Assembly: GCA_963677975.1 (NCBI GenBank)
Contig: OY782677.1
Coordinates: 779,605-843,604, forward strand
DNA: 64,000 nt
Direction: 5' to 3'
DNA from: Bacteroidales bacterium
GTDB taxonomy: Bacteria; Bacteroidota; Bacteroidia; Bacteroidales; UBA4417
Positions 10,850-20,926 of this stretch are shown piece after piece. The stretch's first letter is position 1, and each line of letters opens with the position of its first letter. A program made the translations under genes and the position numbers. Below the pieces are notes generated by a model. The model saw nothing but the letters and a program-made list of their open reading frames with translations, was not told the DNA's origin and did no database searches.

Positions 10850-12847
10850 ATGATAAAGAAACTATTAATAGCAAACCGTGGTGAAATAGCTGTACGTATT
10901 ATCAGGACAGCAAGAAAAATGGGTATCAGAACAGTAGCTATTTATTCCGAAATCGATAAAAGCAGCCTTCATCACAGTTTTGCTGATGAAGCGTATTGTA
11001 TAGGTAAATCAGAGCTTTCCGAAACCTATTTGAATATCCCGGCAATTATTCATATCGCCAAAAGCAGCCATTGCGATGCTTTGCACCCGGGTTATGGTTT
11101 CCTTTCGGAAAATCCAACACTTGTTAAAGCCTGTAACAAAGCCGGGATCATTTTTGTCGGCCCAGAAGCACAGGTTATGGAAGTAATGGGGAATAAGGTG
11201 GAAGCCCGCAATTTTGTATCCTCTATCGGGGTCCCGGTAACAAAAGGAATTTCAGGTACTACTGCCGCAATTCTTGGCCAGGTTGATGAAATTGGTTTCC
11301 CCGTCCTGGTAAAAGCCGCAGGTGGAGGCGGAGGTAAAGGGATGCGGATCGTAAATGATAAAGCAAGCCTGTCCGAAGCTTTGGAAGCTGCATCGCGCGA
11401 AGCGTTGAATTATTTTGCCGACGGAACGGTTTATGTTGAAAAGTACCTGGCCGAACCCCGTCATATTGAATTCCAGATATTGGGAGATAATTTCGGGACT
11501 GTCGTACACCTTTTCGAGCGTGAATGCACCATCCAGCGGAGGTACCAGAAAATTATCGAGGAAGCTCCTTCGCCCACACTCACGCCCGAACTACGATCAC
11601 GGATGGGCGAAGCAGCGGTGGCAATCGGAAAAGCCATCAGTTACTCAGGTGCCGGAACAATTGAGTTTCTTGTGGATAAGGACCTCGGTTTCTATTTCCT
11701 CGAAATGAATACCCGTATACAGGTTGAACATCCTGTTACAGAGCTTACTACAGGAATCGATATTGTTGAGGAACAGCTTTTTGTGGCTTCAGGTGAGCAA
11801 CTCCGGTTGAATCAAAATGAGCTTCAGCAGTCGGGACATGCCATCGAATGCCGTATTTATGCCGAAGATCCTGCCAATAATTTTCTGCCGTCACCGGGGC
11901 AACTTTCACTTTACAGGAAACCCGAAGGTGATTTCATCCGTGTAGATGATGCCATGAACACGCCTTACCAGGTTAGTAGTTTTTTCGATCCCATGATTGC
12001 CAAGCTCATCACCCATGGAAAGACCCGTGAAGAGGCCAGGTTTCATATGATTGATGCATTGCAGAATTATGGTATACACGGGATCAAAAATAACATCAGC
12101 TACCTGTTTGCCATTTTGCAAAACAATGATTTTATAAATAATACCATTTCAACAAAATTTTGCGCCGAGCATACCGATTTCTTGCTGGCTGGAATTGAAA
12201 AAGACAGGAAATCGGTGCCGGAAGTTCTTATGCTTGCAAGTGCACTGGCTTCAAACGCCGGTCAAACTCCGATTTCGACAGATGGACAAACAATTTGGAA
12301 TAAGATCGGTTACTGGCGCCTGCTTATGCAGCCGGAACTTGAACTGGAAGGCAAATGCTGTTATTCCCGCATCCTTGACAGGAAAGAAAGTGAAGTTACA
12401 GCAGAAATAGATGGGAAAAAACTGCAGATTCGGTTTGAAGAAAAGGAATCGGGACAGCAATTGGAACTTCAGCTAAATGGGGAACCCTTTACTGCTTTTG
12501 TCTCGCACCCTGAACCCGGAGAAATCGCCGTTAGTTACAATACCCATACTTTTAAAGTTACCCGGAAAGATATACTTCCTGCCGCCACAGAGTTTAATAC
12601 AGTAACTGCCGGTGTGGGCGAAGGCGGTAGCAATATTACATCTCCCATGCCGGGGAAAGTGATAAAAGTTCTGATTAAACAAGGTGATATTGTTGCAAAA
12701 GGAGACTTATTACTGGTTGTGGAAGCTATGAAAATGGAAAACAATATACTTAGCCCGGCCGATGCAGTTGTGGACCAGGTAAATGTGGCAACCGGCGCCC
12801 TGGTCGACAGCAATATGGCGCTTGTACATTTATCTGCTTTACTCTGA
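10850..12847 (+). CDS. mccA: Methylcrotonyl-CoA carboxylase alpha subunit (biotin carboxylase + fused BCCP domain)
   Basis: KLLIANRGEIAVRIIRTA, ATP-grasp GGGGKGMR, and a C-terminal biotinyl-lysine motif VVEAMKMEN. Confidence 0.9.
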   Translation: MIKKLLIANRGEIAVRIIRTARKMGIRTVAIYSEIDKSSLHHSFADEAYCIGKSELSETYLNIPAIIHIAKSSHCDALHPGYGFLSENPTLVKACNKAGIIFVGPEAQVMEVMGNKVEARNFVSSIGVPVTKGISGTTAAILGQVDEIGFPVLVKAAGGGGGKGMRIVNDKASLSEALEAASREALNYFADGTVYVEKYLAEPRHIEFQILGDNFGTVVHLFERECTIQRRYQKIIEEAPSPTLTPELRSRMGEAAVAIGKAISYSGAGTIEFLVDKDLGFYFLEMNTRIQVEHPVTELTTGIDIVEEQLFVASGEQLRLNQNELQQSGHAIECRIYAEDPANNFLPSPGQLSLYRKPEGDFIRVDDAMNTPYQVSSFFDPMIAKLITHGKTREEARFHMIDALQNYGIHGIKNNISYLFAILQNNDFINNTISTKFCAEHTDFLLAGIEKDRKSVPEVLMLASALASNAGQTPISTDGQTIWNKIGYWRLLMQPELELEGKCCYSRILDRKESEVTAEIDGKKLQIRFEEKESGQQLELQLNGEPFTAFVSHPEPGEIAVSYNTHTFKVTRKDILPAATEFNTVTAGVGEGGSNITSPMPGKVIKVLIKQGDIVAKGDLLLVVEAMKMENNILSPADAVVDQVNVATGALVDSNMALVHLSALL

Positions 12848-12971
12848 AAACCTGATATAACATGGATTGTTATATATCCGTAGAATTGTGTTTCTGGGAT
12901 GTTTTTAATGCGATTAAATAGCCATAAACAGAACAATACAATAATTGGATTTTTAACGAAAAAGTAAGTTA

Positions 12972-13580
12972 ATGAAAGAAAATGCCCGGATTGAAGCCTT
13001 CAGCGACGGTGTATTTGCCATTGCAATTACGCTGCTGATCCTTGAAATTAAAGTGCCGCCCTATGCTTCCATACAATCAGTCGGTGATTTATGGAAAGGC
13101 CTTTACCAGCTGTGGCCGTCCTATTTTGCTTTTGTTTTAAGCTTTGGTATCATACTGGTTTCGTGGGTAAATCACCATTATTTGTTTAACACACTCGGTA
13201 AATCGTCGCGTACGTTTCTGTATGCCAATGGATTTTTGCTGCTTACCATAACCTTTATGCCATTCCCGACCGCTTTACTGGCTCAGTATATAGGCACCGA
13301 ATATGCAAAACCCGCAATTGCTTTTTACTGTTTCGGCGGTGTTGTTAACTCTATAGGGTGGATGCTTTTGTTGCATTCCGTTATTAAACCTAAACTGCTT
13401 CTGCTCCAGGGTGTTAAAATTGAGTCGATTTATGAAACCCGGCGCACTGTCAGGCTTGGATTTGTTGTTTATGTGGTCTCAACAATACTTGCATTCTGGT
13501 TTCCCATAATAGCATTATCAATGAATTTATTACTGTGGATCGTCTGGATAACCTTATCGATTAATGCCAAATCCGATTAA
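12972..13580 (+). CDS. TMEM175/DUF1211 family putative K+ channel
   Basis: Signature RIEAFSDGVFAIAITLLILEI plus about 6 TM segments. Confidence 0.75.
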   Translation: MKENARIEAFSDGVFAIAITLLILEIKVPPYASIQSVGDLWKGLYQLWPSYFAFVLSFGIILVSWVNHHYLFNTLGKSSRTFLYANGFLLLTITFMPFPTALLAQYIGTEYAKPAIAFYCFGGVVNSIGWMLLLHSVIKPKLLLLQGVKIESIYETRRTVRLGFVVYVVSTILAFWFPIIALSMNLLLWIVWITLSINAKSD

Positions 13581-13639
13581 TTACCTGAAAACTGACACTT
13601 ATCTGAGAATTACCAGGAATCATTAAAAACCAAAATAAC

Positions 13640-14785
13640 ATGAATTTTCACCTTACCGAAGAACAGGAAAGTATCCGCAAAGCAGTCCGCGATTTTGCCG
13701 AGCGCGAAATCAAACCTATAGCCCGCGAACTGGATGATGAAGGACGGTTTTCGCCCGAAATCACACTTAGTATGGGTCAATTAGGGTTGTTCGGGCTCAG
13801 CACACCGGTTGAATATGGCGGACATGGTATGGACACCTTATCGTATATAATTGCTGTTGAAGAGCTTGCACGTGTCGACGGGTCGCAGGCAGCAACCATA
13901 GCGGCGCATAACTCACTGGGTATTGGGCCGTTGTTTTACTACGGTACCGAAAAACAAAAGCAGAAATACCTTCCCCCGCTTTGTACAGGAGAAGCCATGT
14001 GGGCTTTTGGCCTTACCGAACCCGATGCCGGAAGCGATTCGCGCGGAACGCGCACCCGGGCTTACGTCGAAAACGGCGAATGGGTGATTACTGGGTCCAA
14101 AATATTTATTACCAACGGAGCTTCCGATATTTCTGCAGGAGTAACTGTTCAGGCCGTAACCGGTGATACGAATGGTAAAAAGGAATTTACCACCATTATT
14201 GTCGAAAAGGATACGCCTGGTTTCACACGCCGTGCCATGCATGGCAAAATGATGTGGCGGGCAAGCGATACCGCCGAGCTTTTCTTCGACGAATGCCGTG
14301 TTCCTTATGAAAATGTCCTTGGTAAAGTTGGCGATGGCTCAAAAATTATGCTCAGCACACTCGATAACGGACGTTTGTCAATAGCCGCCATGGGGCTTGG
14401 TTGTGCCCAGGGAGCTTTCGAAATGGCACTCAGCTATGCGCAGGAACGAAAGCAGTTCGGCCAGCCGATTTCCAAATTCCAGGCCATAGGGTTCAAACTT
14501 GCCGATATGGCCACCAAGATTGAACTTGCACGCACTCTCCTGTATAAAGCCTGCTGGCTTAAGGATAATCATTTGCCGTTTGCCAAGGAAGCAGCCATGT
14601 CGAAACTGTATTGTTCCGAAATTGCCAAGGAAGTTACCGACGAAGCCGTCCAGATTCATGGCGGCTATGGCCTGATGAAAGATTACCCTATCGAACGCTT
14701 CTACCGCGACCAGCGCCTGCTGCAAATAGGCGAAGGAACTTCGGAGATACAGAGGATGGTGATTTCGAGGTATATAGGATGTTGA
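13640..14785 (+). CDS. Acyl-CoA dehydrogenase (isovaleryl-CoA dehydrogenase by context)
   Basis: ACAD N, middle and C domains (GLTEPDAGSD...IGEGTSEIQRMVISR). Substrate specificity is inferred only from the neighbouring genes. Confidence 0.8.
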   Translation: MNFHLTEEQESIRKAVRDFAEREIKPIARELDDEGRFSPEITLSMGQLGLFGLSTPVEYGGHGMDTLSYIIAVEELARVDGSQAATIAAHNSLGIGPLFYYGTEKQKQKYLPPLCTGEAMWAFGLTEPDAGSDSRGTRTRAYVENGEWVITGSKIFITNGASDISAGVTVQAVTGDTNGKKEFTTIIVEKDTPGFTRRAMHGKMMWRASDTAELFFDECRVPYENVLGKVGDGSKIMLSTLDNGRLSIAAMGLGCAQGAFEMALSYAQERKQFGQPISKFQAIGFKLADMATKIELARTLLYKACWLKDNHLPFAKEAAMSKLYCSEIAKEVTDEAVQIHGGYGLMKDYPIERFYRDQRLLQIGEGTSEIQRMVISRYIGC

Positions 14786-14943
14786 GTTATGTTAATAAAA
14801 TTCTTAGTGTAACTAAGTGCTCTTAGTGCCTTAGTGGTGAAAATAAACCACTGAGACTTGGAGTTCACGGAGCTACACTAAAAAGAAGGTTATGCTGTTT
14901 GAGTATGAGAAAAGTGTATTTGTTGTTTACTTAAGATCGTAAA

Positions 14944-15807
14944 ATGAGCAATGACCGACTGATTTATATTACAGAAACTGCCCGGGATGCTATTCAGGGC
15001 TTAACCAGGACTATTCCCACCAGTATAAAGTCGGACTATATTAATCTTCTGCTCAAATGTGGATTTAGAACAGTAGATGCCGGAAGCTTTGTTTCTCCGA
15101 AAATGGTTCCACAAATGGCAGACACAGAAAAGGTTATTTCTTTGCTTAATACTGCAGATTCAATTTCAAAGCTTATGGTTCTGGCAGGAAATGTACAAGG
15201 TGGCCATATGGCTGCAGCAGTCTCCAAAGTTAAAATTATTGGTTATCCCTATTCCGTTTCCCCTACTTTCCTGAAACGGAACCTCAACATTACTCCGGAA
15301 GCTGCATGGCAAACCATGTTGGATTTAAAGAGAATTTGTGAAGACTCGCAGAAGGAACTAAGAGTATATGTTACAATGGCATTTGGCAATCCCTATGGTG
15401 ATGCCTGGGATGACGAAGTTGTTATGCATGAGATTAAAAGGCTGTACGCTGAAGGCTTCCGTGACCTTGTATTTTCGGATATTACAGGTGAAGGCGATCC
15501 CGGTACTATCGAAAGGCTTACTGCTGAATGGATTACAACATTTCCGGAAGCCAGCCTGGGTATTCACCTTCATACAAAGCCTCACCACTGGCAGGATAAA
15601 GTAGAAGCAGCCTGGCGCGGAGGTATGCGGAATTTTGAAAGTGCCGTTGGTGGTTTTGGCGGATGCCCGATGACCGGGTTTGAATTGCTGGCTAACCTCG
15701 ATACATTAAGTCTTGTTGAATGGTGCACAAAAAACCGGATTGACTGCAATGTGAACGAAGATTCTCTTTCTGAAGCCAAACGAATGGCTTTGGACGTGTT
15801 TATATAA
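14944..15807 (+). CDS. Hydroxymethylglutaryl-CoA lyase (HMGL-like TIM barrel)
   Basis: ITETARDAIQG...FVSPKMVPQMADT...GIHLHT...VGGFGGCP. It is a diverged HMGL-like sequence in a leucine-catabolism context. Confidence 0.7.
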   Translation: MSNDRLIYITETARDAIQGLTRTIPTSIKSDYINLLLKCGFRTVDAGSFVSPKMVPQMADTEKVISLLNTADSISKLMVLAGNVQGGHMAAAVSKVKIIGYPYSVSPTFLKRNLNITPEAAWQTMLDLKRICEDSQKELRVYVTMAFGNPYGDAWDDEVVMHEIKRLYAEGFRDLVFSDITGEGDPGTIERLTAEWITTFPEASLGIHLHTKPHHWQDKVEAAWRGGMRNFESAVGGFGGCPMTGFELLANLDTLSLVEWCTKNRIDCNVNEDSLSEAKRMALDVFI

Positions 15808-15817
15808 AAAAATACTC

Positions 15818-16657
15818 ATGTATTTTTCAAAGACTTTGATTTTACTTCTTCTTGCAATGATTGCATTCAGATTTTTGCAGGCACAGTCACCGGTAATTTC
15901 ACCGTTCGATACAACTTCGTACGGCAGAAATGAAGCCGTGGGGAAATATATGGATATAAACGGGATTAAATTGTATTATGAAATTTATGGGAAAGGGGAA
16001 CCATTACTTATGATCCACGGGAACGGAGGATCCATCAGTAGTTTCATGTACCAGATCCCGTATTTTTCCTCTCATTACCAGGTTATCGCAGTCGACAGCA
16101 GGGCGCAGGGAAAATCAATCGACCCTGGCGATTCTTTGAGTTTCGAAATGATGGCTGATGATTTCAGTGCATTGCTCGACAGGCTGCATATCGACTCGTG
16201 TAATGTTCTGGGATGGAGCGATGGTGGTATTAACGGGTTATTGCTGGCCATTCGCCACCCCGAAAAAGTGAAAAAACTGGCTATAACCGGGGCAAACTTA
16301 CGGCCCGACAGCACTGCAATAAGTGCTGCTGATTATATGTGGGGATTAAATTTTTACGATACATTAGGCAAAATGCCGCAAACACCTGACATTATCAAAA
16401 CCAGGAAACTTGTAAAACTGGATACATTTGAGCCACATATTACCGTTGAGCAGTTGCAACAGATCAAAAGCCCTACTCTTGTTATCGGGGGCGATCACGA
16501 CATCATCCTTCTCCGGCATACACTCCTGATTGCTGAATCTATCCCCGGGGCTTTTTTATGGATTTTGCCAAATTCAAGCCATTTTACTCTTATCGATTAC
16601 AAGGAACATTTTAATGATGTGGTTGGTGATTTTTTTGGAAACGCGCTCAGGAGATAG
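15818..16657 (+). CDS. Secreted alpha/beta-fold hydrolase
   Basis: Signal peptide (..FLQAQ-S), HGNGGS oxyanion region and nucleophile elbow GWSDGG. Confidence 0.75.
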   Translation: MYFSKTLILLLLAMIAFRFLQAQSPVISPFDTTSYGRNEAVGKYMDINGIKLYYEIYGKGEPLLMIHGNGGSISSFMYQIPYFSSHYQVIAVDSRAQGKSIDPGDSLSFEMMADDFSALLDRLHIDSCNVLGWSDGGINGLLLAIRHPEKVKKLAITGANLRPDSTAISAADYMWGLNFYDTLGKMPQTPDIIKTRKLVKLDTFEPHITVEQLQQIKSPTLVIGGDHDIILLRHTLLIAESIPGAFLWILPNSSHFTLIDYKEHFNDVVGDFFGNALRR

Positions 16658-16761
16658 CTATATGAATAGAAAATAAAAGAAATGCCGTGCAGAAACAGAA
16701 ATTTATTAAGAATTGAAACGGAATCAAATTATTGTATACTTTCATAATCAAATACAGAAAT

Positions 16762-17454
16762 ATGAACAAGGTTGTAAAAAATGCTGCCGAAGCTATTGCC
16801 GGGGTAAAAGATGGAATGACTTTGATGGTCGGGGGCTTTGGCCTTTGCGGAATTCCCGAGAATGCAATTAAAGCGCTGGCCGAAAGTGGTGTGAAAGGAT
16901 TAACATGCATTTCGAACAATGCCGGTATCGACGATTTTGGCCTTGGAGTATTATTGAAAACCAGGCAGGTACACAAAATGATTTCGTCGTATGTGGGCGA
17001 AAACTCCGAATTCGAGAGGCAATTGCTGAATGGTGAACTCGAAGTGGAACTCATCCCGCAAGGCACCTTGGCTGAACGATGCCGTGCCGGGGGTGCAGGG
17101 ATCCCGGCCTTGTTTTTACCTGCAGGTGCAGGAACCGAAGTAGCCGAAGGCAAGGAAATACGCGAATTCAACGGCAAACCTCACCTCCTCGAAACGGCGC
17201 TTACGGCTGATTTCGCTTTTGTGAAAGCCTGGAAAGGCGACACTATGGGAAACCTGGTATATAAACAAACTGCAAATAACTTTAACCATCCTATGGCTAT
17301 GGCCGGTAAAATTACCGTGGCTGAAGTTGAAGAACTTGTTCCTGCCGGCACGCTCGATCCAAATTTTATTCATACCCCGGGTATATTTGTTCAGAGAATT
17401 TTCCAGGGCTCGGATTACGAGAAAAGGATTGAGAGGGTGACTGTACGGGAGTAA
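16762..17454 (+). CDS. scoA: 3-oxoacid (acetoacetate) CoA-transferase subunit A
   Basis: MNKVV..AIAGVKDGMTLMVGGFGLCGIPE...SNNAG is typical of CoA-transferase A. The start was refined to ATG 16762. Confidence 0.85.
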   Translation: MNKVVKNAAEAIAGVKDGMTLMVGGFGLCGIPENAIKALAESGVKGLTCISNNAGIDDFGLGVLLKTRQVHKMISSYVGENSEFERQLLNGELEVELIPQGTLAERCRAGGAGIPALFLPAGAGTEVAEGKEIREFNGKPHLLETALTADFAFVKAWKGDTMGNLVYKQTANNFNHPMAMAGKITVAEVEELVPAGTLDPNFIHTPGIFVQRIFQGSDYEKRIERVTVRE

Positions 17455-17586
17455 TTGGGGATTTGCGATTGCGGAATTCGGATTATTTTCCGATTCCTGC
17501 ATGCAATCAAGAATCTTGTCCTTTAAATACTGCTAAATAAAAATACCAATAATTCCGACATCTGATATCCGAAATCCGACATAAAA

Positions 17587-18243
17587 ATGGCTTTAACAAA
17601 AGAACAAATCGCCCACCGCATAGCCCGCGAACTTCAAGATGGCTATTATGTTAACCTTGGCATAGGTATACCAACCCTGGTGGCTAATTATATTCCCGAA
17701 GGAATGCAGGTTGTGCTGCAATCCGAAAACGGAATCCTCGGAATGGGACCTTTCCCATATCCTCAAGAAGTGGATGCAGATCTTATAAACGCGGGCAAGC
17801 AAACTGTTACCGTAGTGGATGGTTCATCATTTTTCGATTCTTCGATGAGTTTCGCCATGATCCGTGGTGGTCACGTTGACCTAACGGTTCTCGGAGCTTT
17901 CGAGGTAACCGACCAGGGCGATATAGCCAGCTGGAAAATTCCCGGTAAAATGGTTAAAGGCATGGGCGGGGCCATGGACCTGGTGGCTTCAGCTCAGAAT
18001 ATTATTGTTGCTATGCAGCATTGCAGCAAAGATGGTGAATCGAAGCTGCTGAAAAAGTGCACTTTGCCGCTTACCGGTATAAAATGCGTTAAACGTATTG
18101 TATCCGACCTGGCAGTGATTGATGTAACCGAAAACGGATTTAAACTGGTGGAAAGAGCTCCGGGGGTGAGTGTGGAGGATATTGTAAAAGCAACAGCAGC
18201 TCCTCTTTTGGTTGAAGACGAAGTACCGGAAATGAAATTTTAA
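17587..18243 (+). CDS. scoB: 3-oxoacid CoA-transferase subunit B
   Basis: [25 protein letters not shown]...[10 protein letters not shown] contains the active-site ENG motif of subunit B. Confidence 0.85.
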   Translation: MALTKEQIAHRIARELQDGYYVNLGIGIPTLVANYIPEGMQVVLQSENGILGMGPFPYPQEVDADLINAGKQTVTVVDGSSFFDSSMSFAMIRGGHVDLTVLGAFEVTDQGDIASWKIPGKMVKGMGGAMDLVASAQNIIVAMQHCSKDGESKLLKKCTLPLTGIKCVKRIVSDLAVIDVTENGFKLVERAPGVSVEDIVKATAAPLLVEDEVPEMKF

Positions 18244-18362
18244 ATTAAAACAATATGCCTTAAACTGGTTCCAAAAGAATTATTCATTCAATAAAGGCAT
18301 TTTCAAATCGCCGGGGAATCAATCTCAGGTACGGGTTAACTTATTCGGCAAAAATGGCGCAG

Positions 18363-18387
18363 CCTCAAATGTAAATTTGAGGTTTTT
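18363..18387 (+). terminator. Rho-independent terminator after scoB
   Basis: Stem CCTCAAAT (18363-18370), loop GTAA, stem ATTTGAGG (18375-18382), then TTTTT. Confidence 0.6.
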
Positions 18388-18512
18388 GCTTTTTGGGTGA
18401 ATATTCCGGCCAAATAGAGCCAGTAAATCCGGACGAAAGTGAGCCACTAATCCGGTTGAAAGTGAGCCAGTAGGCAAGGAACAATGGTGTGGTAAAAATA
18501 GCTTTTTTCTTT

Positions 18513-19241
18513 TTATGTTTTCTTTCTTAATGATTCTCCTTTTAATTCAATTCTATGAGCTGAACCTGACAATCTGTCCATTATTGCATCAGCTAAAGTG
18601 GGTTCATCCAGATACTGATACCATGATTTTACAGGAAGTTGGGATGTGATAATGGTTGCACGTTTTCCATAACGGTCTTCCAGCAGTTGTAACAGGGTGA
18701 GTTTAGTATTGTGATCCAATGGAGCCAGCCCAAAGTCATCCAGTATTATGAGCGGGATTTTTTCTAATTGATTGAGCAGTTTGATATAAGATCCATCGAG
18801 TCTGGCCTGGATCAGCCTTTCAATAAATCTGTTCATTCCCAGGTAATACACTTTGTAACCTAAGGAACAGGCCTGCCGACCTAAAGCACAAGCCAGATAA
18901 CTTTTGCCACAACCTGTGGCACCGGTAATCAGTATATTTTCACTTCGTTGAATGAAGCTGCAATCCGAAAGAGAGAGTAATTCTTCACGTGAGAGGTTGC
19001 GGTTAGTTGAGCACTGTATCTGCTCTATAACGGCATCATAGCGGAGTTTACTCAGTTTAAGATACATCTGAGTTCTTAGGCCAGTGCGGTTTTGACCTTC
19101 GGCTTCCACCAATCGGGCAATCAGTTCGTGGGAAGTTGGTTGTTCGTGCGTAGGAAGTGCGAGGGCTCCCCGGTATGCTTGCGCCATACCATTTAACCTG
19201 AGTTGTTCAAGTTGTTCTAAGGTTGCATTTGTGTTAATCAT
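18513..19241 (-). CDS. istB: IS21 helper ATPase IstB
   Basis: AAA+ Walker A GATGCGKSYLA and Walker B LIILDDFG, with IstB-like length and N-terminus. Confidence 0.9.
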   Translation of the reverse strand: MINTNATLEQLEQLRLNGMAQAYRGALALPTHEQPTSHELIARLVEAEGQNRTGLRTQMYLKLSKLRYDAVIEQIQCSTNRNLSREELLSLSDCSFIQRSENILITGATGCGKSYLACALGRQACSLGYKVYYLGMNRFIERLIQARLDGSYIKLLNQLEKIPLIILDDFGLAPLDHNTKLTLLQLLEDRYGKRATIITSQLPVKSWYQYLDEPTLADAIMDRLSGSAHRIELKGESLRKKT

Positions 19242-19363
19242 AATGATTTGGTTTTAAAGAGTGGATAGTGTTGTGAAGTATGCTAACCTTCTTTTCCGCC
19301 CCCTTCCTGTGGGCATGTGGGCAGATATAGGAAGGGGAGCGGAGAAGAAGAGTAATCCGGGAG

Positions 19364-20926
19364 TTAACCGTAAGTTCCGGCTCCCCGCAGGTTATCGTGT
19401 TGCGGCAGACTGTAATCAATGGATATTTGCAGCGGTTGTTTGTCCAGGCATTTTTCAAGGATACTGTTTAGAGTACCATAGGTTACTTTCCCATTGTAGG
19501 ACAAAGCCCTGGCACATGCTGCTTCAAGCCTGAGCTTTCCATATTTGTCGGCTAAGCGTATTATTCCTATGCATGAACGATAAGTTTGTTCTTTAAAGAT
19601 CTTCTGTTTTAAGACTTCACGGATGGCCGCCACTGTGTTTTCACCGATTGTGGTAGATTTCTTCAAAAAATATTCTTCATCCCAGCCTCGCTGTTCTGTA
19701 TAATGCTTATGGTTGGCAGGCATATGCTCATCAAGGGTTGAATAAGTATTACTACGGGTATCCCGCCAATGCGAAGCGATACGTTGTTGGTTAAGGTAAA
19801 TCTCTACGTTTTCAGTATCATAAACCAGGCTTACCTGCTTACCGATATATTGATGGGGAACACTGTAAAAATGTTTGTCTTCGCCCAGCATCACATGATA
19901 GTTCTTTGCTACTTTGGCTGATCGGGTTGACTTGGGAACGAAAGCTTCCTGTGGCAATGGTCGCAGCAATGGGTGCTCCAGGCTTATAAATTTATCATAT
20001 CGACTGTAATCCCGACTCTGATATTTACTGTGATTGAGTTTATCTGTTTTTTCTAAAAGGGCTTTGTTTAATTCAATCAAAGAGTGAAAGTGCTCGTTAC
20101 GAAGCGGAGCATATACCCGATAATAAGCTGTGTTAACACTACTTTCAACCCCGGCTTTATCGCGTGGTTTGGCTACCCGGGTAGCTGTGAGCGTAGTGTT
20201 GTAATGTCCGGACCATTGCTGGGCATATTCATCAAACGATGGCTCATAACGGTTTGCTTTTTTTACAAACTGTTTCATGTTGTCGGTACGTACCATATAC
20301 GGAACTCCGCCAAAATACTCCAATGCCCTGCCTAGTGCGGCTATCAGCCAGGGCCGTTGCTGTGATGGCAATGCTTCAATGTAGGTGTATCCTGAACAGG
20401 GCAACCGGCATACCAATACAACAGATTTTATAATTTCACCTGATTGTTGATTAACATAGTTAATCGTATCGCCGGCAAAGTCAAACTCCATTAACTCGGC
20501 TGGTGGATGGTCAAAGTGCATAACAGCGTTCCTGCTATCCTGATACCGTTTCAGTAAATCACAAAACTGAGAACGGCTATACCCGCCAGGAACTTCTTCT
20601 CGGTATTCTTCCCACAATATCTGTTTTGTTGTTTTCTTGTTCTTTAACTGCTCCGTGAAGTATTTCACCCGCTGTTCAAAGTCAACATATTTGCTGTCTT
20701 TATCCGGCTCTGCTTTTACTGAAAGTACAGCTTCTGCAAGATCCTCATCATTTAACCGTAATAACTCCTTGTAGCTTCTTCCACAATGGTTTATACGAGT
20801 TACATACGCGCCCACCGTGTTCCGTGTCACATGCAATATCTCAGAAATCTGACGATTTGAAGAGCCTTGCTCTTTGAGTTGTAGTAGTCTTTTTATCAAT
20901 AACATGGGTACAGGTTTATTCGCCAT
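19364..20926 (-). CDS. istA: IS21 transposase IstA
   Basis: N-terminal HTH (SNRQISEILHVTRNTV) and a DDE integrase core (MEFDFAGD...VRTDNMK...). It lies upstream of istB. A 122-bp istA-istB gap contains a strong hairpin at about 19295-19343. Confidence 0.9.
   Translation of the reverse strand: MANKPVPMLLIKRLLQLKEQGSSNRQISEILHVTRNTVGAYVTRINHCGRSYKELLRLNDEDLAEAVLSVKAEPDKDSKYVDFEQRVKYFTEQLKNKKTTKQILWEEYREEVPGGYSRSQFCDLLKRYQDSRNAVMHFDHPPAELMEFDFAGDTINYVNQQSGEIIKSVVLVCRLPCSGYTYIEALPSQQRPWLIAALGRALEYFGGVPYMVRTDNMKQFVKKANRYEPSFDEYAQQWSGHYNTTLTATRVAKPRDKAGVESSVNTAYYRVYAPLRNEHFHSLIELNKALLEKTDKLNHSKYQSRDYSRYDKFISLEHPLLRPLPQEAFVPKSTRSAKVAKNYHVMLGEDKHFYSVPHQYIGKQVSLVYDTENVEIYLNQQRIASHWRDTRSNTYSTLDEHMPANHKHYTEQRGWDEEYFLKKSTTIGENTVAAIREVLKQKIFKEQTYRSCIGIIRLADKYGKLRLEAACARALSYNGKVTYGTLNSILEKCLDKQPLQISIDYSLPQHDNLRGAGTYG

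Noticed and set aside
8437-17502. Long antisense or overlapping ORFs inside well-supported genes, for example 8437-8931 (164 aa), 12535-12936 (133 aa), 16647-17177 (176 aa) and 17116-17502 (128 aa).
   Set aside because: Each lies opposite or out of frame to a gene with strong family motifs (MCCase beta, MCCase alpha, CoA-transferase A). Their translations are compositionally odd (Pro/Ser/Arg-rich) with no motifs.
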